DNA from: a virus
Lineage: Duplodnaviria > Heunggongvirae > Uroviricota > Caudoviricetes
DNA length: 64,000 bases
IMG/VR virus record: IMGVR_UViG_2778261161_000002
Strand: one strand, 5' to 3'
Numbering within the stretch: the first letter of the stretch is position 1; each line of letters opens with the position of its first letter. The position numbers and the translations under genes are program-made. Shown here piece after piece: positions 48,663-57,842 of the stretch. Under the pieces are notes generated by a model that worked only from the letters and a program-made list of their open reading frames with translations, was not told where the DNA came from and ran no database searches.

Positions 48663-49241
48663 ATGCAGAAACAGAGCTATTGGGAGAAACAGAGACAAAA
48701 AGCCATGCAAAAATTGGCTGACCCAGCCTGGCGAGAGGAACAAAGGGCAAAGCGCCTTCAACAAGCTCAACGCCAGCAGCAGCGAGCGAGAGAAAAAGCC
48801 GCATCGCCTGAATATCGGCAAAAGAAAATTGAAAAAGCAAAGCAATATGAACAGCGGAGAAAAGATAAAGCTGTATCCGCTCCGCCCAAAAAAACACGCA
48901 CGTCACGCGGCCTGAAGGGCAGATCACTCACAGCCGATGAACGCCGGATACAGACCGCTATCGGTACTCTCCCCTGCATTGCCTGCCATATTCACGGGCA
49001 ACATAGCCCAGTGGTATCCCTGCACCATATCTTCGGGAGAACGGCAGAGAACGCACATAAATATGTCCTCCCTTTGTGTAAATGGCACCACCAGTACGCA
49101 GCGCCAGCCGAGGTCCGAGAACAATATCCCTGGCTGGTCCCTGTTCATGCTGATGGAAAAATAGGCGGAAAAGCAGATTTCATACGGCACAATGCCGATG
49201 AAATGGCGTTGTATCAGATGGCGATTGAATTAATAAATTAG
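48663..49241 (+). CDS. Ref-like HNH endonuclease with basic disordered N-terminus
   Basis: K/R/Q-rich N-terminal 90 aa then CIACHIHG ... HHIFG ... CKWHH metal-binding pattern. Confidence 0.5.
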   Translation: MQKQSYWEKQRQKAMQKLADPAWREEQRAKRLQQAQRQQQRAREKAASPEYRQKKIEKAKQYEQRRKDKAVSAPPKKTRTSRGLKGRSLTADERRIQTAIGTLPCIACHIHGQHSPVVSLHHIFGRTAENAHKYVLPLCKWHHQYAAPAEVREQYPWLVPVHADGKIGGKADFIRHNADEMALYQMAIELIN

Positions 49242-49242
49242 T

Positions 49243-49251
49243 TTTCTAACA
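49243..49251 (+). promoter_or_regulatory. Operator-like motif (copy 12)
   Basis: agtTTTCTAACAtttta. Confidence 0.45.
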
Positions 49252-49879
49252 TTTTAAGTTGAATTGTAAATTTCTCCGATGTACATTCACTACCGATTGG
49301 CACACCGGTCAACTTTTTGAGACAAACTGTTTAGTTTTTCGTATTATTGCCCCCGCCATACCTATGGCGGTGCAATATAGGTGGCTGAAAAGCCCCCGTT
49401 GACTCACGGTGTTCCAGCCTTTATTGCGCCGCCACCAGACCGTGGAACAGTCGATGGCGGCTCCGAAAGCAAGGAGTCACTACACTATGAACAACTACAG
49501 TCTTTTCCCATCACTCGTCGTCCACCACTCACGCGATAATCTGCATTCTTTATTCGCGCTGGGGGAGTCAAAATGACTGTTCGCTACCTCAACTTTCAAA
49601 TCAAGAACATTACTGGCGGTTGCTATGACTGGTTTGTCACTCTCGGAAAAGAAGTGATTACCGGGAAGCTGGATGAAGTGAAAGCTAAAGCAATGGCCTA
49701 CGCCTGCAAGCAAGCCCGGAAGAAATCCGCCAAAGCATAAAATACTGACTGTTGCGCCCTGGCATTATCGTGGGGTATATTTCTACGGCACCTTAGAAAA
49801 ACGGGTGCCGGGATTGGAACCCCGGATAATGCAAAAGGCGACACAGACGCCGAAAGCGTCTTTTCTTGTGTCATGCCAT

Positions 49880-50030
49880 CGCACAGCCATACGTAGCGTT
49901 TAGCTCAGAGATCAATGGTAGTGCTGGCTGGGCTGCCGAAAGGCAGGCCGGTTCCCTTTTGCGCCGGTAGTTCCAACCCAGTCAGTGCTACCGCCATTGA
50001 GATTGGAACCTCACGCGGTAGCTCCTTAAA
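49880..50030 (+). ncRNA. Candidate c4-like antisense RNA region of immI module 2
   Basis: GATTGGAACC at 49812 and 50001 with partially complementary GTTCCAACC at 49970; tRNA-like TAGCTCAG segment. Confidence 0.3.
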
Positions 50031-50052
50031 TTAGCAAAAGGAGGCTGCCAAT

Positions 50053-50268
50053 ATGGCTACTATCCCTACCCCAACTCATTCTGAATTTATCTGGCGTTTC
50101 TATTCCTGCCAAAAACACCTGTATATCTGCGTCATGGCTGCAACCGAAGCAGAAGCTCGTTCATACCTTCCTGAAGAACCCTGCATTTTTGCCGCACGCT
50201 TCACTCTTGATGCGATGGAGATCCTCAATTACTGGAATCTGCCAATGAACTGCGTGGAGGTGCACTGA
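50053..50268 (+). CDS. icd: Icd-like protein, 71 aa (second copy)
   Basis: EFIWRFYSCQKHLYICVMAATEAEARS; paralog of 10059. Confidence 0.55.
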   Translation: MATIPTPTHSEFIWRFYSCQKHLYICVMAATEAEARSYLPEEPCIFAARFTLDAMEILNYWNLPMNCVEVH

Positions 50269-51209
50269 TGAATCTGTCCATCTCTCAAAAAGCGACAATG
50301 ACCAGCATTGAGATCGCGGAACTGGTAGGAAGTCGCCAAGATAGTGTGAAGAGAACTATCGAAACACTGGCTAAAAAGAGTGTGATCCAATTTCCACAAT
50401 CTGTGGAAATTGAAAATAAACAATCAGTTGGCCCTCGTCGATTTTCCAAGGCTTACATCTTTGAAGGCGAACAAGGCAAGCGCGATAGTATCATTGTCGT
50501 CGCACAGCTCTCTCCGGAATTCACCGCCCGGCTGGTGGACCGCTGGCGCGAACTGGAGAATGCCAGGGGACCGTTAAAATCAAAAGCCGAAATCCTGGCT
50601 GAAATGGCGCAAATGCATCTTGAGCATGAACGCCGGATCAACGCCGTAAATGCCCAGGTAGCCGAGGTATCAGCACAAGTATCGATGGTCGCTGAAACAC
50701 TCGAGCAAATAAAGAAAGGCAATATGCCGGAAGGCTACATTGGCTACCGCCAGCTGGCGGCGAAATGCGGCCTGACTGAAGCCAAATGTCGCAACCTGGT
50801 TAACGCTTACCGGATACCCACTGATACGCATGAGTTTTTGACTCCCGACGGTTTGCTTGCGCGACGCTCAATTGTGGCCCTGGCCCCCTTCCGGAAAGCC
50901 TTTAAGCAGGTTATGTCGGAGGCAGAACCACGCAACAAACGCTGGTATCATCCAAAGATGGGGATGTTTCAGGCAATCCACCATCCTGTGCCTGAAAGTC
51001 CAAAGGCAAACCTGTCGTTGCATACCGCCAGAGAGAGGATTAAAACAGGGTATGCAATCGTATGCCGTCGAGCATCTTGGCCTGAAGGTGTATGGGTATG
51101 GCCCGAAGGTGGATCACGAAAGCACTGGCGCACTATCCGGGATGGGAAAATCCATGCGATTGATTTAGCTCCAGAGGATGTTGTTGCTACGGACTGGATT
51201 GTTAGTTAA
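50268..51209 (+). CDS. ant: Antirepressor-like protein (second copy), 313 aa
   Basis: Shares conserved blocks with ORF 10283 including a 56-bp identical DNA stretch. Confidence 0.55.
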   Translation: MNLSISQKATMTSIEIAELVGSRQDSVKRTIETLAKKSVIQFPQSVEIENKQSVGPRRFSKAYIFEGEQGKRDSIIVVAQLSPEFTARLVDRWRELENARGPLKSKAEILAEMAQMHLEHERRINAVNAQVAEVSAQVSMVAETLEQIKKGNMPEGYIGYRQLAAKCGLTEAKCRNLVNAYRIPTDTHEFLTPDGLLARRSIVALAPFRKAFKQVMSEAEPRNKRWYHPKMGMFQAIHHPVPESPKANLSLHTARERIKTGYAIVCRRASWPEGVWVWPEGGSRKHWRTIRDGKIHAIDLAPEDVVATDWIVS

Positions 51210-51217
51210 TTACTGTT

Positions 51218-51236
51218 GCCCCGGCCTGTCCGGGGC
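51218..51236 (+). terminator. Hairpin GCCCCGG-cctgt-CCGGGGC
   Basis: Read directly; short T-run. Confidence 0.5.
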
Positions 51237-51268
51237 TTTAACTACTAAATAACCGGATTCTCCGCACG

Positions 51269-51553
51269 ATGAAGAAAATAGATTTCACTTACTCTGCTGC
51301 CACAATCCAGCGACGTTTCAGTCTCATAAGGGAAGTGGAACTATCAAAAAACTGGTATCAAATTCTACTGGATGAAGAGTTTTCACTGATGGTTATAGCA
51401 GAAAAATTGGCTATGCCGAATGACCGGCACAAGGTCATAGCCAGCCTGGATCTGGTGACAAACAGATACTGGGAATCCGAGGAACTACTTGAAGTTGGCT
51501 TGATACGCGAGATGATAGAACAGGCTGTTCCCCTCCACTTACAGCAACCATAA
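51269..51553 (+). CDS. Hypothetical protein, 94 aa
   Basis: ORF track. Confidence 0.4.
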   Translation: MKKIDFTYSAATIQRRFSLIREVELSKNWYQILLDEEFSLMVIAEKLAMPNDRHKVIASLDLVTNRYWESEELLEVGLIREMIEQAVPLHLQQP

Positions 51554-51689
51554 TTGAAAGGTCTTAACGATAGTCTGCCACGAATAGTTACTTTCACTGC
51601 CTAAAGTTATTTAATTGCATTACAAAGTGTAAATTAGTAACATTAGAATCTCACACAGCACTATAACTATATGTTTTTTATGTAAAAGG

Positions 51690-52049
51690 ATGATAATCGT
51701 GGCTACTAAAATTAAACTTGAAAACCCTCAAACTGGCGAATCAATCACCGGTTTTTATGGTTTTTCCTGGACTACATTCTTGTTTGGTGCTTTTCCAGCT
51801 TTGTTCAGGAAAGACTTTATAACTTTTATTGGGGTATTCGTAGTGATGCTGATACTGGCATTCCTCACAGCCGGAATTGGCCCGTGGATTGCCTCATTTA
51901 TCTGGGCGTTCATGTATAATAAATATTTCACCGTAAATAAGATAAAACAAGGCTTCATTTTTGCTGGTTCTCACACAGAAAATGAGTTGGCTGCTAGCAA
52001 GCTAGGATTGTCATTAAATCAAAACAACTGCAAAACTATTACCGAGTAA
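51690..52049 (+). CDS. Small membrane protein, 119 aa
   Basis: Two TM segments WTTFLFGAFPALF and FIGVFVVMLILAFLTAGIGPWIASFIWAF; AT-rich. Confidence 0.5.
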   Translation: MIIVATKIKLENPQTGESITGFYGFSWTTFLFGAFPALFRKDFITFIGVFVVMLILAFLTAGIGPWIASFIWAFMYNKYFTVNKIKQGFIFAGSHTENELAASKLGLSLNQNNCKTITE

Positions 52050-52089
52050 TAGCCAAAAAGCAGGCTTAATAGTAAGCCTGCTATGTCAA

Positions 52090-52974
52090 TCACGAATCTC
52101 TCTGACAATTCAGAAACATAAACGCCCGCTTGTCTGTTAAATCCGTAACATAATACTCTCTCATGCCTGTAGGTTTTATTCTACGAGCATATACAAACTT
52201 ATGAACTGGTTGTTTTTCCCCATAACTTACATCAGTCCTAAATTCATCAACCACGCTACCATCTTTTTCGACTTCCTTCCTCACCAGCTTATTTTCTAAT
52301 GCTGGCTTTAATTCGTCCATGCCACTAAAAGCATCCTGGCCTGTACTATTGCCTCGATTTCCGCGCGGCAAATCCCAGGAGAAATAAGTGCCATAGTCAG
52401 TAATCACACGATCCCAGACTCCGGTATCCCCCATATAGTTAGAGCGCTTTCCATTGTAGGTTACAGCCACTTTACAGGAGTACGTTTCTTCATTCCCTCC
52501 AGCCTTACTCGCTGTGGTTGCAGGGATATTTTGGATAGATGCGCTTACGTCATCTTGCGTTAATTCCTCAACTGGAGCAAATTCATATATGGGTGTGCCG
52601 AGGCTATTTAAATATAACTTATATCTAACCCTAAGCGCACTTCCATCTGAGAATTCATACGTTCCCAGGCATTGGAGCTTATTTTTTTCTCTTATCTCAT
52701 TGATCTGATTATAAGCATCAATTACAGAGATTGCTTCCTGATCGTCCTTCAGCAGTTCATTATAATCATCAATTAACATCTGTCTGGTTTTAGGGGCATT
52801 GCAGTCAATTTTGCTAAAATCATAAGCAAAGGCAAATGTGGGAACAGAGAGAGCAACAACAGTAGCAAGTATTGTTGAGGAACATCTTTTTCCATTTTTT
52901 ATAAAAAACATTTCATTAACTCCATACTTTACCATCTTAGCCGCGAGCGCGGTCCCTAAAACCATTAACTTCAC
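52090..52974 (-). CDS. Secreted protein of unknown function
   Basis: Signal peptide ILATVVALSVPTFAFA after internal Met; AT-rich. Confidence 0.5.
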   Translation of the reverse strand: MKLMVLGTALAAKMVKYGVNEMFFIKNGKRCSSTILATVVALSVPTFAFAYDFSKIDCNAPKTRQMLIDDYNELLKDDQEAISVIDAYNQINEIREKNKLQCLGTYEFSDGSALRVRYKLYLNSLGTPIYEFAPVEELTQDDVSASIQNIPATTASKAGGNEETYSCKVAVTYNGKRSNYMGDTGVWDRVITDYGTYFSWDLPRGNRGNSTGQDAFSGMDELKPALENKLVRKEVEKDGSVVDEFRTDVSYGEKQPVHKFVYARRIKPTGMREYYVTDLTDKRAFMFLNCQRDS

Positions 52975-53206
52975 TGCACCGTTCCTTCATGCAATCAAAA
53001 TGACTTTTATGTTATAAAAATAATCAGCCAAATCAACATGATTTAGGCCAAATTTCTGTCAAAAAATAAAATCCACAAAAAGTGGTTGACACTATTTTGG
53101 AAATCACAAACTGCACATAATCCATCGCGCTAACGGCTCCCGTTGAAGGTTCTTTTGACGATTAACTTTCAGCCGAAGCGCGGTAGGGAGTCATAACGCC
53201 AAAGCA

Positions 53207-53230
53207 GGCCGCCATGTGCGGCCTTTTTTT
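53207..53230 (+). terminator. Rho-independent terminator GGCCGC-catgt-GCGGCC + T7
   Basis: Read directly; no obvious + strand gene upstream. Confidence 0.6.
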
Positions 53231-53257
53231 GTATCCGTCATCCGTGGAGGAAGGACA

Positions 53258-53911
53258 ATGGAAAAGATCGCAATATTCAGCCTGACCACCAGCAAGCCTC
53301 AAATGCTCACTGCAATACTGAAAGACGGTGCTCTCATTATTAACGAAGTAAAACCCCTTCCCGCGTCAGCATTGGAGCAAAAGCAAAAAATTCCTCCAGC
53401 TATAGCAGCCCTGCGGAAAAGCAAATTTAAGGTACTGGTAGACGAAATTACGCCAACGATCTCCGCTGGCACCGGAGCAAGCCAGGTGACTCTCAAGACC
53501 CGTCATGCCGATGGCAGAGCAGCAATCATCGTCGGGATGGAGAGATACAGAGAGTTAAAACTCCAGAAGCTATTATCCCTGCCGCAAAATAACAAAGGTG
53601 CTTTCGAAATCCCCGACTCCATCGTTGACACCGAATACAACGGTAACGGAGAAGAAGTCTACCGGGTGAACTGGCAGGATATCAGGCCGGAACATATTCT
53701 GATGATCCTGTGTTGCTACGCGACCGTATACCACAACGTTGCCAGTGCAGATTACGTAGAGCAGATGACCGGTACAGTCGAGAAAGAGCAAAAAACAGGC
53801 ATACTCGCTTCGTTCCTTTCCATTATTGGGCATGAAAAAGTTAAAGCAGGCACCTCCCAGCCAAAGTCACTGGCCGGGAAAGAAGTTGATGAAGATACCG
53901 TGATACTTTGA
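53258..53911 (+). CDS. Hypothetical protein, 217 aa
   Basis: Start at MEKIAIF preceded by GGAGGAAGG. Confidence 0.5.
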   Translation: MEKIAIFSLTTSKPQMLTAILKDGALIINEVKPLPASALEQKQKIPPAIAALRKSKFKVLVDEITPTISAGTGASQVTLKTRHADGRAAIIVGMERYRELKLQKLLSLPQNNKGAFEIPDSIVDTEYNGNGEEVYRVNWQDIRPEHILMILCCYATVYHNVASADYVEQMTGTVEKEQKTGILASFLSIIGHEKVKAGTSQPKSLAGKEVDEDTVIL

Positions 53912-54224
53912 TCACATTAGTAGCTTTGTTAACTCCCTCAATACCAGGTAGAAGAGTAACAAAAATATTGACGCAAGTATTTGCGTGGTCAATGAGGCGT
54001 TCATAAACAGATCAATAAGCTTTAACAATTCTAGAATAACATCCATGTCATTCACTCCGTTTAATTTTTAATCTAATGCCAGCAAATGAAGCTGGCCCCC
54101 GCATAAAGATTAATGAAAGTCACTTGTCACCAGTGAGGGGATCCCTGAACTGGTGGCCTGTCTGTTTCTCGCATTTCACACCCTGCATACAGTTTCCCCC
54201 AGGTTATGACTGAGAGGCTTTGTT

Positions 54225-54554
54225 ATGGGCTATAGCAGACTCGACGATAGGTACATTGAAGACGATATTTTTCGTGCGCTGTTTCACCAGGAAATGATTA
54301 AGCGGGTATCGGAGTATCACTCTGATAATTTCCAGTACACGATAAAGATTGATGAAGTATATCGTTCAGACCTTGCAGCCTACAGGGCGTATGGCAATGC
54401 AGATTTGCGCTGGGTATTCCGGGTGCTGGTGGGCCATGAGTCAGAAATGGAAGAAATGCCCGCAGGGACCACGTTAACTCTTCCTGATGTGGCATGGCTG
54501 AGGAACAAGATCCGTGATTACGCAAGCGCGGAACCGGAGATAGAAAATGCCTGA
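54225..54554 (+). CDS. Tail protein X-like (LysM-like) protein
   Basis: YTIKIDEVYRSDLAAYRAYGN ... MPAGTTLTLPDV resembles P2 gpX. Confidence 0.4.
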   Translation: MGYSRLDDRYIEDDIFRALFHQEMIKRVSEYHSDNFQYTIKIDEVYRSDLAAYRAYGNADLRWVFRVLVGHESEMEEMPAGTTLTLPDVAWLRNKIRDYASAEPEIENA

Positions 54555-55740
54555 TTTCCTGAAAAACCAGGACGGGCGCTATATCACTGACGGCCTGTCC
54601 TCTAAGGACTTCACGCGTTTATTCGACCTTATCAGGAAAGAACAAACCCGTAAGCGCCGACAAGCTCACCGGACGCTGACGCCAGGTAGACTGAGGAACA
54701 AATCCGCCGAAGATATTCTCAAGTTAGGGAAGAAAAAAGGCGGCACGTTCTTCACGCGAGACGACCTGAAAGGTTTCGAAAAGCTACGGAGTAAAACGCG
54801 CGAAAAATATGACAGCAAGACGGCTGGCATCACATACGCCCAGCTGGTGGCATCCAGCCAGGCAATCGATATTAAGCGTGCAAATAACGCCGTGGATGAC
54901 GGATCTGGTATCAAAAGAGCTACACCCGTATCTCTTCGCCACAATGTGATTAATATCCGCGTAGAAGCATCGGATATATCCGTCCACCAGCACCATATCG
55001 TCCGGATACGCTTTGAAGAATGGGAGCAGATGGTTGATGACATCGCAGAAGACGATAAATCAGCTCTCAAAATCACTAAATCACTGTGCGCCGGGCGAGT
55101 GTCTTTCGATTGTGACTGTGGTCGTCATCAATACTGGTATCGTTACATCGCCACTGCGGGTAACTTTGCCCTGGCACCGCCAAAAGAATACGCCTATCCA
55201 AAAGTTCGCAACCCGAAGCTGCAAGGCGTCGCCTGTAAACACGTGATCCACTCAATGACGCGGTTACAGTCCGCCAGTTGGCAAATGAGTATTGCTCGTG
55301 CGCTACAAAAGGCTGCAACGCAAATTGCATTTGGTGACGATCGCCGCCGTACAACCAAACACTTCTCAAAAGAAGACGAGAAGGAGTTTAATCGCAATCG
55401 TAGCAGTAAAACGAACGTTGAAGCCGCCAAACGCGAATGGAGGCTCTATCAGAAGCGCCAGGCAGCTTTAAGTACAAAACTGGCAAAGGACAACGGCAAG
55501 ATCGACAAACTACGTGACCAATTGACCAAGGCCAGAAAGTTGTCAGATGCACAGAAAAAACGGGCGGCAGCAAAAGAAGCGGCCTTGCAACGTGAGAAAC
55601 AGAAAAACAAGGAGCTTCAGCAACGCCTTGCCGATCAGTTCGCACTGAAGAAGCAGGCGTTCATTGATGCGCTTGTCATGGCTGGAACACCACCAGCACA
55701 AGCTGAAAAAATGTTCATGGAGTATGTAAAAAAAGCATAA
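54547..55740 (+). CDS. Hypothetical protein with SWIM-type zinc-finger-like motif and K-rich coiled-coil tail
   Basis: FDCDCGRHQYWYRYIATAGNFALAPPKEYAYPKVRNPKLQGVACKHVIH. Confidence 0.45.
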   Translation: MPDFLKNQDGRYITDGLSSKDFTRLFDLIRKEQTRKRRQAHRTLTPGRLRNKSAEDILKLGKKKGGTFFTRDDLKGFEKLRSKTREKYDSKTAGITYAQLVASSQAIDIKRANNAVDDGSGIKRATPVSLRHNVINIRVEASDISVHQHHIVRIRFEEWEQMVDDIAEDDKSALKITKSLCAGRVSFDCDCGRHQYWYRYIATAGNFALAPPKEYAYPKVRNPKLQGVACKHVIHSMTRLQSASWQMSIARALQKAATQIAFGDDRRRTTKHFSKEDEKEFNRNRSSKTNVEAAKREWRLYQKRQAALSTKLAKDNGKIDKLRDQLTKARKLSDAQKKRAAAKEAALQREKQKNKELQQRLADQFALKKQAFIDALVMAGTPPAQAEKMFMEYVKKA

Positions 55741-55773
55741 ACCACACATAGCCTAGCTGCCTAGGCTAGGCTT

Positions 55774-56502
55774 TCATCTTTTTGAAAAATCAATTTCCGT
55801 TTTATCAAATAAATTTGAAATATCAGCAACCAATTTATTAAAATCATGATCGCCATTATAAAGCGAAGTCTTCTTTATTGCCATTACAAAATCATATAAC
55901 TTTTCTGGGGAGTCAATACCAACCCCTCTACTTTTAAAAAGCTCAATGATAACTCCAACATCATCATATAATAACTTTATTGCCGCCATAATCTCTTTTT
56001 GCTGCCTAAGCAATCTCTCAAGTTCATTTTTATTTTCATCCATAATTCTTTTGTTGAATTGTGTATCATTAATACTTTTTATTATTTCAGTCTCTTTTAT
56101 TTGCAACGCCTTTCTTTTATTTTGATCCATGTCGGCATCCAAATACCTTATCTCTGTATATATTTTACTTGTTAGCTTTGATACGCAAAGAGTGACAATC
56201 GGAGCTGCAATTGATGCAATAATTCCAAAAATAAATGGCAAGCAAAAATGATAAAGCCAAGGAGACAAAACGCCTTCATAAACTAGAGGAATCTTACCTC
56301 CAACAAATGTTACAGATAAAGTATATAGGATATCATCCTTTGACTTCATCAATATTAGTATATCTTTCCAATTAATAATTAGAAAAGAAATTAATATATA
56401 TGCAAACACTTTATTAAAAAGCTTGTCTTTTATGGCATCTCCAAAAGATACTTTTATTAGATCATTTTCAGTCAATTTTTCTGTTGATGAATCTGTATTC
56501 AT
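55774..56502 (-). CDS. AT-rich membrane protein (candidate abortive-infection/exclusion effector), 242 aa
   Basis: TM segments then coiled-coil; low GC relative to flanks. Confidence 0.5.
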   Translation of the reverse strand: MNTDSSTEKLTENDLIKVSFGDAIKDKLFNKVFAYILISFLIINWKDILILMKSKDDILYTLSVTFVGGKIPLVYEGVLSPWLYHFCLPFIFGIIASIAAPIVTLCVSKLTSKIYTEIRYLDADMDQNKRKALQIKETEIIKSINDTQFNKRIMDENKNELERLLRQQKEIMAAIKLLYDDVGVIIELFKSRGVGIDSPEKLYDFVMAIKKTSLYNGDHDFNKLVADISNLFDKTEIDFSKR

Positions 56503-56564
56503 ATAAACTACCGTGATTTCTAATATCTATTTTATGAAAATAGCGGTCATCCAGACCGCCAAAC

Positions 56565-56924
56565 TCAAATACCAACCAAGCTTTCAAGAGGAATGCCAAA
56601 CTGGGAATGTAAACGGCGAATCATAGGTAACGTCAAATTTCGTGTCCCATTTAGCACTTCGTAAACACGATTTGACTTACCAATCGCCGGTTCCAGATCC
56701 TTCACGGTCAGCCCTTGCTGTTCCATACGGAATTTAATGGCCTCAATAGGTGATGGTGGCTCAATTGGGTAATGTTTTTTCTCGTACTCCTCAATGAGAA
56801 GACTCATAACCTCAAAGAAATCACCTTCCGGAGTATTCATTTCCGGTTCGTTATCGAACATCGGTTCGACCGCACGCAGTGCGGCCTCATAATCTTGTTC
56901 TGTACGGATAGGTTTAATGTTCAT
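56565..56924 (-). CDS. HigA-like HTH antitoxin/regulator (E. coli YgjM type)
   Basis: C-terminal GLTVKDLEPAIGKSNRVYEVLNGTRNLTLPMIRRLHSQFGIP resembles HigA HTH. Confidence 0.6.
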   Translation of the reverse strand: MNIKPIRTEQDYEAALRAVEPMFDNEPEMNTPEGDFFEVMSLLIEEYEKKHYPIEPPSPIEAIKFRMEQQGLTVKDLEPAIGKSNRVYEVLNGTRNLTLPMIRRLHSQFGIPLESLVGI

Positions 56925-56936
56925 TAATTACAAAGG

Positions 56937-56962
56937 AAAGCCCACTTGCTAAGTGGGCTTTT
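56937..56962. terminator. Hairpin AAGCCCAC-ttgctaa-GTGGGCTT + T-run
   Basis: Between higA and HigA-like gene. Confidence 0.55.
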
Positions 56963-56980
56963 TGTATGTGTTTTACTATA

Positions 56981-57319
56981 TCAGGCTGCTTTTTTATTCA
57001 GGTTCCGCTGAGAAATAAATTTTTCAGCAGTATTGATACGACTTAACTCTTCCTGAACGCGCATATCATTTTCGACTTCCCACAGATCTACTGCGGTCTG
57101 AAGATTAATCCAAAAATCTACAGAAGTATCGAATGCTTTTGCCAGGCGATATGCCATATCCATCGTTAGCTTACGATTATTATTAACAAGAGCACTTACG
57201 GTGTTACGATGAACATGAAGTATTTCTGCTAACTCGTTGATCTTCAGCTCTAACGGCTCCAGGTATTCGTACAGCAGGATATCACCTACGGTCGTCGGTT
57301 TTCTGGTTGCCTGTTTCAT
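56981..57319 (-). CDS. higA: HigA antitoxin (XRE-type HTH)
   Basis: TVGDILLYEYLEPLELKINELAEILHVHRNTVSALVNNNRKLTMDMAYRLAKAFDTSVDFWINLQ. Confidence 0.8.
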   Translation of the reverse strand: MKQATRKPTTVGDILLYEYLEPLELKINELAEILHVHRNTVSALVNNNRKLTMDMAYRLAKAFDTSVDFWINLQTAVDLWEVENDMRVQEELSRINTAEKFISQRNLNKKAA

Positions 57320-57389
57320 TTTTTGCCCTTACTAGCGTGCGTATTAAGTGGACTCTGGTCAGAACCCGGTCCGTAACCGGGTATCTGTT

Positions 57390-57692
57390 TTAGTATTTGT
57401 GAGGGTCGAGATACAAGTCCTCGGCCTTTCCGTTAACCCACTTAAAAATTAACCTATATTGCTTATTCACCCTTACTGATGAATAGCCATTTAGCTTCCC
57501 TGACAGTTCCTCATACCGATTACCTGGTGGTGATCTTAAATCCTTACAGGTAGTTGCGGCATTGATAATGTCCAACTTCCGTGACAATGTCATATGAATA
57601 TCAGGAGGTATCTTTCTATGTGGTGTTGAAAATTCAAAAAAATCATCAAGCCACGCATCCCTGAAATCCTTTATGTTAATTTTTTTGGTCAT
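57390..57692 (-). CDS. higB: HigB toxin (RelE/ParE superfamily)
   Basis: YRLIFKWVNGKAEDLYLDPHKY C-terminus; upstream of higA. Confidence 0.75.
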   Translation of the reverse strand: MTKKINIKDFRDAWLDDFFEFSTPHRKIPPDIHMTLSRKLDIINAATTCKDLRSPPGNRYEELSGKLNGYSSVRVNKQYRLIFKWVNGKAEDLYLDPHKY

Positions 57693-57842
57693 TAGTCATT
57701 TGATCCTCCGTGATGATTACCGAATGCCATAACTATAGCGCACCGTTGCACTGTGCGCAAGTGCATTTTATGAATTCCCCCTCCTTCATCCAAAATCACA
57801 ATCTCCCGAAAATCTTCCTTTCGATACCTGACAGATCGACCT

